Source of the DNA: Podarcis filfolensis
Lineage: Eukaryota
Reading direction: 5' to 3' (one strand)
DNA length: 64,000 bases
Assembly (NCBI GenBank): GCA_964270895.1
Contig: OZ185435.1
A model generated the notes under the pieces. It worked only from the letters and a program-made list of their open reading frames with translations, made no database searches and was not told the DNA's origin. Shown piece after piece: positions 1-12,380 of the stretch (positions are counted from its first letter, which is position 1; the number at the start of each line of letters is the position of its first letter). The translations under genes and the position numbers were made by a program.

Positions 1-180
1 GTTTCCCAGCCTTTCAGTGGACTCATAGCAACTCTGTTCCTGGGAAATCCCATGGCAGCTCAGTAGACACACATCTGTCCTAGAAAGCTTCACTGTATGA
101 AATCTTTTATGAGGCCCCCCCATCATTTCTCCTTCCATTCCCCATAGCAAAACCAGTAAGGCAGCCCTGTATTGGGAAAT

Positions 181-293
181 TTTTATGCCTGATGTTTTAC
201 AATTTTTAATATATTCTGTAAGCTGCCCAGAGTGGCCGCGGAAGCCCAGCCAGATGGGCGGGGTATAAATAATAACATTATTATTATTATTAT

Positions 294-294
<1 letters not shown>
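181..294 (+). mobile_element. 3' end of a squamate non-LTR retroposon (L2/CR1-type) with (ATT)n tail
   Basis: GTAAGCTGCCCAGAGTGG...CCCAGCCAGATGGGCGGGGTATAAAT then (ATT)n; related copy at 34020-34126. Confidence 0.65.

Positions 295-330
<36 letters not shown>
277..330. repeat. Compound (ATT)n(AGT)n microsatellite
   Basis: Seen directly. Confidence 0.95.
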
Positions 331-334
<4 letters not shown>

Positions 335-481
335 ATGTTCCAGAATACACACACACACAAAAATTGTTAATAATAAATAAAGAAGTGGTACAGTTGTATG
401 ACAACCACTGGTAAATTATTGAAAGTGATAATGCATTGCAATTATGTTAGCTGGAGTTATTCCTAGACAATGTGATCTTCT

Positions 482-483
<2 letters not shown>

Positions 484-522
<39 letters not shown>
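484..522. repeat. (GA)n microsatellite
   Basis: Seen directly. Confidence 0.95.
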
Positions 523-525
<3 letters not shown>

Positions 526-1585
526 TGTAACAGAAGTGAGAGCAAGCAAGCAAACCTATGGTTCCTACCTTTCCCCTGATGTTTCTTGTATAATTTGTCC
601 TTCAAAGTTTATCGCGTATAACATTAATGAGGCTTGGCAAGTCTTAGCTATGGTTGCAGCTGTGTGCTGGAAGACTGAAGTTTTTATCATCAACTAAATT
701 AAACAACAACAACAAAATACCCATGCAGTATGCTTCTTTAGTCTGTTGCTCTTCTCCTCCCCCAGCCCCCCTTTTCTTACACAAAGTAATGACCTTTTGT
801 TATACCACTGGGTGAAGATCCAAAGTACTGCTGAAGCATTGCAGAGCCTGCCTCAGGGGTGCAGTATTAGCAGAATGAAGGCCAAAGAATGCTATTTTTA
901 GTTGAACAGTTTGGCAGATGGAGGCATGAATACTCATATATCTGAAGGTTGAGGGGGTTTGAACCATTAATTCTGATAATGTATTTAACCCTGGGAACAA
1001 TCAGAAACTGTAACTCTAAGGTTACAATGCTTTTGACCTTTAGAGAACAGAGGGCACTCAGTACAGTAAACAATATATTACATTTCTACTTATTCTAATT
1101 CTCTCACACATATAAATTTCAGGACTGGGGTTGACATTTGCTTTCCTCAGCTATTTTTGTGCTGGCCCTTACAGTAAAGTCAAGAAGAATGTGCAGGAAA
1201 GAGGCTCTTGTGATGTGACAGTCATGTAAATATGTCCCTGAAATAGCTAAGATGTTAAGTGTTGCCTTTTATGAAGAAATAGTATTCTCAAGAACTGGCA
1301 TGTCTGAGACATATTCCTTGCTTCTTTCCCTCCCACCCCCCATCCTGTCTCCAATGAAAAAGTTGGTTTCGTGGCCTGCCTTAGTTTATGCAGTTCTTTG
1401 TATTCTTCTGTAAGCTTAAAACAGTTTACGTTTGGGAGGATGCTGCGCAGTGGGCTTACTTTCGAAAATGAGAGCTATTTGGTCCCGCTTCAGTCCCTCA
1501 CCGTGTAAAGTGCTCTGCCGGCTTCTTGCCTTATGAAATTATGCCTGCTCCTCTTCAGCAAATACAGCAGTTAAATATCACACAG

Positions 1586-1749
1586 NNNNNNNNNNNNNNN
1601 NNNNNNNNNNNNNNNNNNNNNNNNNNNNNNNNNNNNNNNNNNNNNNNNNNNNNNNNNNNNNNNNNNNNNNNNNNNNNNNNNNNNNNNNNNNNNNNNNNNN
1701 NNNNNNNNNNNNNNNNNNNNNNNNNNNNNNNNNNNNNNNNNNNNNNNNN
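1586..1749. other. Assembly gap (164 N)
   Basis: Run of N. Confidence 0.99.
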
Positions 1750-2669
1750 TGGGTAATGTGTTCACTCACCCAGTCAGTCACTGGCGGGCCTGCCACTCTT
1801 AATGTTGCTTAGACACACTTTAACAGTTTTATCTGACATAACATTTCTCTGATGCAGCCAGCAATAATAATTTCCCCCACAAATGCTAAACAGGAGTTTC
1901 CTTTATTTTCATTTTCAGCCTAGTAAAGAATGGGGATTTTGAGAGAGGGAAGAGGGTGGGTGGAGGAGGAAAAGGGAAGAATGCACAAGAGATTCAAGTA
2001 AGACCAATCAAAATTAAAACCAGCTAGTTACCTTTTCAAAGTTTGACACTGCAATTTGTTTGTCAGCAGGTAGATGTTTAGGTCAGCGCTGTGAGTGACT
2101 GACTGTCAGCAGGAATTCCAACAAGACAAGTAATTTAACTCAGTGTATTAGTGACAGATTGCTCACTTCTTCGAATCACTAGAGAAAATAAACTTAATAT
2201 TGTTACAGGCAGAGATTCTGTCTTCATTAGCCTCATAGAATCTTTCCAGCTAGCACTCAAAAGACTACTAAGCTCTCAATGGCCTTATTTTTCTTGTAGT
2301 GTTGTTTTGTTATTTTAGCCAAATGCATTTGCTTATCACGGATCTGTTACAGTGAATTTTTTCATCAAAATTAACTCTGCAAAATGCAATCATGAATCAG
2401 TCTGCCAAATTCAATGACTATTACAGATAGATTTGGGGTGCAATTTACTTACTTTTGGGTATTTTGGACAGGCAGTATGCCACTATAGAGTCCCTAGCCT
2501 CAATCCAAAGCAAATGAGTTGTGCTTAAATCCCAGTGAAATCCATGGGATTATTTAACTGTGAGTAGTTTAGCTCTCATTAATATTAGTGGGAACTGACT
2601 TTGGGTCAGAACACTGGTTTCAGCTTCCTGGAAGAGTGGGAGGAGAAAGTACATCAGTATAATGTGCAT

Positions 2670-2805
2670 CAGGCATCCCCAAACTCGGCCCTCCAGCTGT
2701 TTTGGGACTACAACTCCCATCATCCCTGACCACTGGTCCTGTTAGATAGGGATGATGGGAGTTGTAGTCCCAAAACAGCTGGAGGGCTGAGTTTGGGGAT
2801 GCCTG
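2670..2805. mobile_element. Palindromic hAT-type MITE (136 bp)
   Basis: Near-perfect whole-length inverted repeat (CAGGCATCCCCAAACTC...GAGTTTGGGGATGCCTG) with 8-bp TSD ATGTGCAT. Confidence 0.92.
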
Positions 2806-3703
2806 ATGTGCATGATATGCAAGCTTCCAGAGAGGGTCACCTAAAGGCAACCTGTGTTTTGCCCAGCACCATTCTCTGCCTACAATAAACCCAAAGAAGA
2901 AGGATATGGCGAGGGACAAGGTAAGGGCCAAAGGGATGGTAGGGGAATAGAAGGATGAGCAAGAAACAGCAATTGATGCTGCATACACACTACAGTTACC
3001 AGGATTATGTGGGGAAGTAATATAGTTTAAATGTGTAAACTTTTTTCTTTAATCAGCTTCTGGAATGAGGGTGCAGTAATTTAGGTAGTGCGGACTCCTG
3101 TTTTGAGTTTTCTTTAATTAATTGTGCTTAATAGGTGCCTGCAATACATTTTATTCTGTCTCAATGCCATGAAATTTCATTATTAAAATGATCAGAAAAA
3201 AATCACATTCATGTAATTATTTATGCACAAGGCTTATATTTGTTTAGGTATTCATGCTCGCTTTTCTTTTATTTCCTGTTTTAACAATTGTTTATGCCAC
3301 TGCTAGTGGCATTGAAGCTAATTTTTGTGGCTCCCTCTGGTGGCTTCTCTCCCCCCCCCCCCCGCCCAGAAAGTCCCAGACATTGCATTCCAGGGTATTC
3401 TGGGGAGGAAATCACTACTACTTGGGGGGAGAGGGAACTACACTGGTTCTGGTTCTGGCATGTTCATGGAATGTACAAGAACAAAGTGGTGAGCACAGGT
3501 ACTCTGGAGGGGAAATGGTTGCCTCTAAAAGTGAACACTGAAGTGAGTTCAGCTGCCACAACTGCAAGAAATTTGGAGGGGGTGCTATGAAAAGGGGGGG
3601 GGGGAGAAAGAAAAACATGAATGAGAATGTCAATTCTGCCATTAACCATTGTCATACCCTACCCCCAAAGATGCTTTTTTTTGTCATTATTAAATTCCAT
3701 ATA

Positions 3704-4244
3704 CCGTATTTTTCGTTCTATAGGACGCACATTTTCCCCTCCAAAAATTAAGGGGAAATGTGTGTGCGTCCTATAGAGCGAATGCAGGCTGCGCCGCTAA
3801 GCCCAAAGCCAGAACAGGAAGACGGAGCACTGCGGAGCCCTCCGTCTCGCTGCTCTAGCTTGGGGATGGCTGTGCGCACAGCCTCTCCAGGGCAGCGGGG
3901 TGCCTTCACCCCGCTGTCCTGCAGAAGCTAGCAAGGCTGTTCCCAAGCCAGAACAGCGAGACGGAGCCCTCTGTCTCGCTGCTCTAGCTTGGGGACGGCT
4001 GCGCGCAAAGCCTCTGCAGGGCAGCGGGGCGCTGCGCTCCAAAGGCTTCAGGGATCTTTGAGGCTGGCGGTGGGGGAAAGCAGTGCTTCCCCCCACCGCC
4101 AGCCCCACAAGCTCTGGTGAATGTACCTTGAACGCACCTTGTTTTAGAGGGGGAGAACAAGAAAAAAAATTTTTCCCTGTTCCCCCCCTCCTATGGTCCG
4201 GTGCGTCCTATGGTCCGGTGCGTCCAATGAAGCGAAAAATACGG
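3704..4244. mobile_element. Tc1/mariner-superfamily (pogo/Tc2-like) non-autonomous element, 541 bp
   Basis: TIR CCGTATTTTTCG...CGAAAAATACGG flanked by TA on both sides; GC-rich interior with an internal duplication. Confidence 0.9.
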
Positions 4245-4868
4245 TAAGAGATTTTGTTCCCTTTGAAATATCTGCCTCAATCCACTTAAACACGATCAAC
4301 GTGGGACTTTATCCCTGTGATTTCCATTATGATATCTGTGATGTGTCTCCAGAAGTCTTTTGGTAATTCCAATTTTATATGTTTTTAATGTGCTTAGAAG
4401 TTTTTTAAATCTATTTTACTTATTTAATAAAATTTATACAGTGCTTAATTGTAACAAACAAACAAACAGGTACTAATAGTAGGGTACAACTTTCAAAGGC
4501 ATACTTTCATTCAGATCTCCCTGAAATGAATGTTTCAGCAGAGAAAGTCCCTAGAAGCAGATTTCGCCACTTGTATCTATACTCCGTCATTGATGGTTGA
4601 AACTCATTGAGGTTTCTAATAAGCAGAAGTGAAAATTTTAATCTAAAAAGCTTAGACAATGTTTAGGTGTGACTTTTACTGTTTTGAAAATATCAAACAG
4701 TTCTGTTGCTGCAATCCCATGTAAACTTATCTAGGAGTAAGCCCCATTGAACTTTGTGGGGTTTACTTCTGACTAGACAAGCATATACTGTGTATGTTCT
4801 ATAGGCAAAGTCTGTTAAATAACTTGCACATTGGAATTATTTGAAAGCTTTGATGCAGCTGAAGACTA

Positions 4869-5093
4869 CAGTGGTACCTCGGGTTACAGACACCTCAGGT
4901 TACAGACTCCATTAACCCAGAAATAGTACCTCGGGTTAAGAACTGCTTCAGGATGAGAACAGAAATTGCACGACGGCAGCATGGCGACAGTGGGTGGCCA
5001 CATTAGCTAAAGTGGTACCTCAGGTTAAGAACAGTTTCAGGTTAAGAACGGACCTCCAGAACGAATTAAGTTCTTAACCCAGAGGTACCACTG
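4869..5093. mobile_element. Tc1/mariner (Tigger-like) MITE, 225 bp
   Basis: TIR CAGTGGTACCTC...GAGGTACCACTG with TA TSD; second copy at 50406-50630. Confidence 0.9.
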
Positions 5094-6239
5094 TATAGCT
5101 ATAATATTCAATTTTCTAGTTTCCAACCAAAGTGTTTCAGGATTTTTATTCTTGTTTTATACACAGACTCTTTTACACAATCTATACATACATAGTATAC
5201 ACTTTACATATAATATGTTTACTTATCAGGTAACACAGCAACCTCAGTAGGGAAAAGCTATTTTTAATGATATGTTAATTGAATGGGATGCTAGAATGGC
5301 TCTTTTCCCCAGAAGTGCCCCAGCTGAGTGATAAAGCTTCTCCTGATCAGTAGAGCCAGCATATATTTATAATATCCCTATCTGTCCTTCAGTTCCTGCA
5401 AATGGAAAATAACCCAATAATTTCAAACTATATTATGAACTAGGATTGGACACTGGCACGCGTGCAGATTTCTCTTTTGGATTTTGTATGCATTATAATT
5501 TTAAAAGCCTTAATCCCATCCCCCCTGCCCCTTTCTTTGTTTTTTTTCTGCTTTGAAATTTCCCTTCTTTTATTCTACTTTGAAACTAAAAAAAAATCAA
5601 GGCTGGGTTAAGATCATGGGTGTTATGACCTGAGATCTGAGCTCATAACTGGGGAGTGGATTGGGGCCTCAGCAGCATGGCTGGAAAAGCAACACCGGGC
5701 AGAGAAGCAGTCAAGTCCTTCTAAGGGTGAATCCATCCAAGAACATATAAAGTCTGAAGGGTTATAATGAAGATGGGGATATACAAGAGGGTTATCTCCC
5801 TCTCCCCAGCTACAACCTCCCAAGTACTTCCCCTACACGCACCTTCTCTTTTTTAAAGTTTATGTTGGAAAATAAAGTTAGAGTCTGCTTTTTACAGAGT
5901 TGCCTAAGTATAAAAAGCATTTATGCCCCAAGGAACTTAATGATTGGAATGATCTCAGCTCAGAAGGAGGGGGGGGGGAATGCAGGGAGGAGAGAGAAGG
6001 CAGAGGCAACAATAACAAGGTGTGAATATAAGCAAGCACTTGGTATGAGGCTGTGTTTATTTTAACCTTCAAGAAGAATTTTGTTAAAATGTCAAGGCTC
6101 ATGTGAAAAAGCAAAGGACAAGATTACAAACTTTAACGGGATTTATGATACAAATACAAATAATGATCACTTCCTACTCATTTATGGTAGCAACTCTCAT
6201 CCAGCACTTTTCGAGCGCGGTATTAGGCCTCGTTGCAAC

Positions 6240-6365
6240 TCCTATGCAAGGTGCATAAGTATTGTTATTACTGTACCCATTTTATAAAAGATTTGTGGAA
6301 ATTGGTGGCTTGTCTAAGGTCACTAACTGAGCCAGTGTAAAGAATGGTTGACTTCCTACCCAGAT
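6240..6365 (-). mobile_element. MIR/CORE-SINE relic
   Basis: TTATTACTGTACCCATTTTATA...TTGTCTAAGGTCAC resembles the MIR core. Boundaries approximate. Confidence 0.5.
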
Positions 6366-8505
6366 ATATTTTAGACCCCTCCTTTTCTCATGCCATTACA
6401 GACTTTTCTTTTTTTTTCTTTGTTCCTTTAGGGGACGAAAAGGTGCTTAGCAATTTTAAAGCTCTTAAGATAGCTCGCAAACTAAGACAGATGTTCAGCA
6501 TAGTTTTAATGTTCATCGTCTACAGAACACCATCTTCTTATGAGCTTTACAAATTCTATGTGCTGTGTATTCTTTCCTTTTCCGTTTTTGCAGTCCTCCA
6601 TCTCTTTGTGTAACTCAAGCAAAGGAAGTTTGCCATGCTTGATTAACAAGATAACATGCTGAGAGTTGGTGAAAATGGATTCCTTTTAATTAAAAGCAAT
6701 GGTGATGGGTAATATTGCTGGAGATTCTGCATGTCTGCTGGTCAGTCTGTCGGCCTCCACATCATATCCTTGCAACAGGATCGCTTTCCTAAGTAGGCAG
6801 GTCAAGCAATCAGACCTAAGGATTAAAAATACAGAATATATATGAAGGAATGGAAGTTAGTAAGCATTTTGCGTAGAACTTTTTTCGTGATGCCCACATG
6901 AAATGGGGCAATTTCAGTATTTCAGTTCCACCCTATTTCTATTCCCTAGTCTGCCACAGTCTCGGTGTATTCAGCAGGTTGAATGCCAGCAGCTGAAACA
7001 GCTGTTAGGCCATACTGGAATGGAGCGGCATGCTGCATCAGGACCTGGATATTTCTCCTGACATCTGGATGCTGCTGGGTTGTGAAGCCTGCCTTAGGCC
7101 AGGAGACTGTAGTAGCCTTGTGGCTGTGAGCAATAGGGTCTTTGCTGCTCTTTAAGCGATTAGGGCACTGAAGCAGCAATAATGCTGAATTATCGCTTGG
7201 TTGCTTTCTTCAAGGAAACTTGGGACAAAGGGATAGTCAAGGTGGAGTATTTACAGTAAAGTCATGTTCATGGAGACAAGGCTAATTGCTGTGCATTTAA
7301 AATAAAACCTTTCAGCTCACCTTAATCTTCAGATAGCTATGGACAATTATAAAAACAAAAAAACCCACCCCCATTTTATTTAATTTTCTTAACAGAGCGC
7401 TAAACAAATATTCATTCCGAAAAGCCAACAATACTCATTTGAAATCATTAGGAAGAGAAAGAAAGACAATTTCAGTTAGTTTTCAATCGTGGCGTTGAGT
7501 CCAAGTGTATGGAACAGACAGCTAATTCTAACTATGTACAGTTGAAGGTATATGAAAGTCTATGCTGACTAGAGACCAAAACAAATGAAATACGTAAAAT
7601 GTAAACGTCTAACAACTGCAGGGAGGAATATAAGGAAAGAAAAGTGTCAGTCTGGTGCATTGATTTTCTTTTTTTACAGTTTCACTTTATCAAATTGGAA
7701 TGGTGCTGCTGTAGTTGCAAAACTATCTGCTGCAGCACTTTTCTTTTATGGTGTGTATTTTTTAAAGACAAATCATATGCAAAGCAGGAAATATGTTTTA
7801 ATGCTTTTACCAGTTCAAACTGAAAAGAAATAATCCTTTGTTCTCCCCCTTATATATTTAATGCATTAAGGACAATATAAGCAAAGAAGGCCTCTCACAC
7901 AAATCTCTTTTGTTTGAATAGTGCTAGATTCTGTATTGAAGACCAATTTGTTGCTCTCGGTTAACCTCTAGTATTCTAAAGGGGTTATATTTAATTAACA
8001 CTGGCTAAAGGCCTGACCTGAGAGGCAGCTGAAAGTGATTGAACTGCAGTTTTGAAGCCAGAATCTAGTCAGCTGGGAGAAGAGTTGGGGGGGGGGGAAT
8101 TAGAAACCACCATTTACTGAAAAATTCCTTCAAGCTAAGCTGTATTTCAATGGGCCATTTAATGCTCAGATGGACAAAGGTATTACTTCAGTCATTGAGT
8201 TGTATCAAACCCTTTCTCAGAGGCCCTGTTTAAAAAACTCGACAGGAAAAGTGGTTTAGCATCATATTCTCAGCAGAGCAACACTCAGTCTGTTGAAAAA
8301 AATATGAGTGAAATGAGGTGAGGCGCAGCCACAGAGTCAGTGTGAGTTTTTGCCTTACCCTCAAGATGGTTTCATGAGGGAGCTGCACTTCTGAGTTTAG
8401 GAGCTCCATTTTCAATATAGCAAAATTCTCTCTCCTTTCTACTCCCAATTTACTGTTTTGACTCGGACACAGAAGAAATATTGCTTTCTGGACATCAGGA
8501 GTGAT

Positions 8506-8530
8506 TATATATATATATATATATATATAT
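8506..8530. repeat. (TA)n microsatellite
   Basis: Seen directly. Confidence 0.95.
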
Positions 8531-8715
8531 GGAGAGGGAATGTTGCTATATATATTGTTCTGTATTTATATTACAGAAGAGGTCAGCCTCTTTCCATGTG
8601 TAACTGCATGCTGCTCAGACTTCAGAAACTTTGAGCTCCATGTGAACTCTAAGTTCATCTCTCTTCTTTGAGTGGCTTCACACAATTTCTTCTGTTCCAT
8701 GGAACCCTTGGCTTA

Positions 8716-8743
8716 ACACACACACACACACACACACACACAC
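8716..8743. repeat. (AC)n microsatellite
   Basis: Seen directly. Confidence 0.95.
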
Positions 8744-8980
8744 CACTATATCATAATACTGTAATTCACACCATCCCAGTATTTGAGCAGTAGAAGATTC
8801 CAACGGTTCCAGATGCTTACCTAGGTTTCCTTTTTCTTTTTGCAATGGGGCACAGTAGAGACTGTGTTGTCTTTGGGAGACTTATTTACACATCTATAAC
8901 AACCTGAGCCTACAATGGAGGGCTTCGTAGCATTAACACCCCAAAAGGGTCTTGTTTCTTCCATAGCTGCAGCCTTGGAT

Positions 8981-9475
8981 CAGGGGTGAAGGAAGAAGAA
9001 CTGGCCCCCGGTGTGGGGGGCGGGGCAAACTTCCTGGTGGTGCATGCACGCACACCATATGTATGGCGCATGTGTGCACGCCGCTATGTACCATGCATGC
9101 ATGTGCTGTACATACGGCGGGATACTCTGCTTGCGGCTGCAGTGGCGGTGGAGGGATCCCACTGCCATCTGTACGGTGCTCAGGCGGCAGCGCGCATGCA
9201 TGTACGTAGCGGCGGTGCGCATGCGCCGTATGTACAGCGCATGCGCCGCTGGGTGGTTTGCCAACAGCACCACTCAAGCGCTGTACGGATGGCTGCAGAA
9301 GGTGCAGCCATGAGCGGAGGATCCTCCGCATGCAGCTGCGGTGGTACGATGGCAGTGGCTTGCACCGCCATGCCCAGGAACGGCGAGGTGAGCCCCCCGT
9401 GGGGTGCCTTCTTGTCATCCCCCTCAGAGATGGCACCCAGAGTGGGCCGCCCCCTGCCCCCTTCCTCCGCCACTG
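8981..9475. mobile_element. GC-rich hAT-type non-autonomous element, 495 bp
   Basis: Imperfect TIR CAGGGGTGAAGGAAG / CTTCCTCCGCCACTG with 8-bp TSD CCTTGGAT (8973-8980 and 9476-9483). Confidence 0.88.
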
Positions 9476-10139
9476 CCTTGGATTCAAATAGAAATCAAGC
9501 ATTGCTCTCAAAGGTTGCTCTGACTATCTCTCAAGCTCGCTGCTTTACTTCTGGGTCACAACACAGCCCCTTTGAACTCTAAACTCAGGGTTTGTTCTAA
9601 CTATCTCTGGGTTGAGGGAGGGGCTCCAGCAATTTGCCAACTTGCACAGAACCCCTTTTTCTTCGTTCTCTTAATTGCCCATCACCCAGGTGATCACCTC
9701 AACACAGGAAGCTAGTCTGTCTTATATTTTAACATTGCATCCAGGGATTAGAAGGATCTTGCATCTAGCCTACTACTTAATCCCCCTCAGCTCAATACTT
9801 CCCTGCTAGGAGGGTGTTCCACAGCATGGGATCTGCAACACTAAATGTCCAACTTCTAGTTGAGGCCAGTTGGGTGTCTGTGACATGCGGGACAACTAAC
9901 AGCACTCCTCTGGATCCTCTCAGTAATTAAGATGGGATATAAGAGTGCAGCCAGTCGTGGGCCCAAGAACCCTGAAAATGACCTAGTAGCATATGTACAG
10001 CCAGTGCAGATATTTTAGGAGAGGTGTCAAATGCTGTTTGCCATCAACTTCAATCAGCAGTCTAACTGCTGCATTTTACACCAGCTGGTCTTCCCAGACT
10101 AGGCCCAAGGGAAACTCCTCATAGATCACATTGTGGCAA

Positions 10140-10500
10140 TCTAGTACCAAGGTTACCAATGTTTGGGACCACATTGGCCAAGTGATCTCAATCCAGGTGC
10201 AGCCATAGCTGGTGTACCAGTTGAAGCTGGTAAAAGGCACTTCTAGCCACAGAGAGCACTTGGACCTTTAGTGACAAAGCTATGTCCCTGCTCCTTTAGA
10301 GGGAGTGGAAACCTGTCCAGAACAGGGAGCTTCCTATCTTCCAGACAGTAATCAACAAAGAAGGCCCTCTTGATGTGCCTGTCTTCTAGGTCAGTGTAGG
10401 TGACTATAAGGGAGAGAGCTTTCTCCATGGTAACTCTGGAACTCCTTGCCCATTGTTGTCCATAAAGATGACCCAGAAATATTTTAAAATAAATAAATAA
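10140..10500 (+). mobile_element. Decayed L2 LINE 3' fragment
   Basis: GAAGGCCCTCTTG...GAGAGAGCTTTCTCCATGGT...TGGAACTCCTTGCCC resembles the L2 ORF2 C-terminal region (RAFS...WNSLP). Boundaries approximate. Confidence 0.5.
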
Positions 10501-10793
10501 CAATGGACAAGCCTACATATTTTCAGGACCTCTGAAAGGAATACGTTTTCTTCCCTGTGTGCTCTGCTCAGAATGGGGGGTCCTTGCCTGTACCCCAATC
10601 TCTTGAGTGAGAAGCAGGTTGATCAGTTTCTCAATTGTGGCAAAAGCTGCAGCCCATTTACTATGTTCTGTAAAGCACAACATGGAGTGGAGCCAGCTCC
10701 AGGTTACATGCCTCTAACTGCTATCCATGTAACCCTTTAAGGCTTCTGTTCTTTGGTTTCTTCAGAGTGCTGATAAAATCTTAGAAACTGTCA

Positions 10794-10795
<2 letters not shown>

Positions 10796-10863
<68 letters not shown>
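10796..10863. repeat. Compound (CT)n(CA)n microsatellite
   Basis: Seen directly. Confidence 0.95.
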
Positions 10864-10865
<2 letters not shown>

Positions 10866-12032
10866 ATTTCAAATTTATGTAAATTCCCATTTTGTAAACT
10901 TTGTCAGTTCTGATGCTGTTACAGTAAATATATGCCATTATAGGGTGATGGGTTACATTATACTTAGAAATTTGCTGAAATTTAATAACACTAATAAAAC
11001 AATTGCTTTATTTCAGATGGGAAGCAAATGCTAGTATATAGAGGCAACGGCCAAGTGCCAAATTCTTTCAATTGCCGCAGCGGCTGGCAGCTATTTGTGG
11101 TTTATCCAAGTGTACTTTTGTGGCTTTGCTTTCGATTTTATGGTAAACTGGTTGTGAACAGGTAATTCAAGGAAGTTATATTTAAACATCATAATTGAAT
11201 CTGCCCTATGTAATTTGGCTGTTCTCAGGGAGCACAATACCCCTCAATTTACTATGTCAAAGTTGCAGTTCAGAAAAATAAGTGTCAAGCCCTCTGTTGA
11301 AGAGCACCCTATGTATGTAAACCACAAAGGGGATTTTCTTGTCACTCCTACAGGGGCTGTGGGTGCAGAGGTCCTGATGCACATACATGCTCCTCCACCC
11401 ACAAGCCCACTTTAGTTTCAACTGAGGGATCAGCTCCAGGCACATAAAACCCATTGTACAAGAAGAACTGCCCTCCACTGAAATGAATGAGGAAAACCAA
11501 TTATGCAGGACTGCCTATGTAACCCAGTCAAGTGCTATCTGTTAGGAAGGGTCATCATCATCATCATCATCATCATAATTTCTTTTCTTTGCATCATACA
11601 ATCTGCAGGGCTTTGTATCAAGGCAATAGTTTCTATATATTTTTCATGCCGTGAAGCTCATTTCAGTCATATTAAAACAAATTCAATAACAGATAATCCT
11701 ATACCAATCCTTAAAAATAAAAATAAAATCCCTCTGTTGTCCTTTGCTCACTGGACTCTCATACTCTGGTCTCTGAACTAGGCACTTCTTAAGCTATGTA
11801 GTCCCCATCTTTATGTTGTTATTGCTTGTACCACTGTTGTGTTTTGAGATGAAATACATTCAGAAATGCATATTTTGAGAGAAAATCTAAGAAAAATCAC
11901 AGATTTATGTAGAAACAGAACAGAATTATGAGTGAACCCATGCATTAGGTGGCTTAGTCCTGATTCCCCTTTTCCTGCTTAGATAATGAAGTGGCTATGA
12001 CTTGTATGAAGGGGCTCCATGCAGACATCTGA

Positions 12033-12361
12033 TGTTATGTACTGAGTTGAATAGGATCCAAACTGCAGCAGTCTGATTGGTCCTAGAACAATAGGATTCA
12101 GAATGCAGCAGTCAGATTGGTCCTAGAACAATGCAGCAATATGATTGGTTGGCAGGAACCACCCAATCATGCTCCAGATAGAAGTGAATCCACAACCTGA
12201 TTGGCTTACAGTAGAATTCCGGAATTAGCCAATCATGTGCAGCCCATTGTGTAAATAATGTATATAAGCAGAAACCTTGAGGGGACATTCATTCATTCCT
12301 CCTCACCACTATGAGCTGAATAAAGAGCATGAAATCACTTTGCGACTCTGAGTATATTTCA
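12033..12361 (+). repeat. 5' LTR of Gypsy element
   Basis: Starts TGTTATG, ends ATTTCA. Has six CCAAT/ATTGG boxes, TATATAAG and AATAAA (12319-12324). No mismatch to the 3' LTR seen on reading by eye. Confidence 0.97.
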
Positions 12362-12362
12362 C

Positions 12363-12380
12363 TGGCGACGAAGGTGGGAT
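12363..12380 (+). other. Primer-binding site complementary to the tRNA-Ser(GCU) 3' end
   Basis: TGGCGACGAAGGTGGGAT lies 1 nt after the LTR. Its reverse complement ATCCCACCTTCGTCGCCA matches the 3' end of vertebrate tRNA-Ser(GCU) as I recall it. Confidence 0.85.

Noticed and set aside
892-901. Perfect MEF2 site CTATTTTTAG
   Set aside because: A single AT-rich 10-mer is expected by chance here and has no supporting cluster.
1526-1796. ORFs spanning N runs (also 30616-30888 and 51885-52512)
   Set aside because: Artefacts of assembly gaps.
5621-5840. Possible solo LTR starting TGTTATGA
   Set aside because: No matching CA end or TSD could be fixed, and there is no similarity to the intact LTR beyond the first 7 bp.
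7660-7755. Strong acceptor TTTTCTTTTTTTACAG at 7679 as a cassette exon
   Set aside because: Only a weak donor (ATG|GTGTGT) follows and the peptide has no SOX6 resemblance.
8933-9582. Overlapping 190-200 aa ORFs on both strands
   Set aside because: They lie in a GC-rich hAT element bounded by TIR and TSD, with low-complexity C/H/M/A translations; an artefact of composition.
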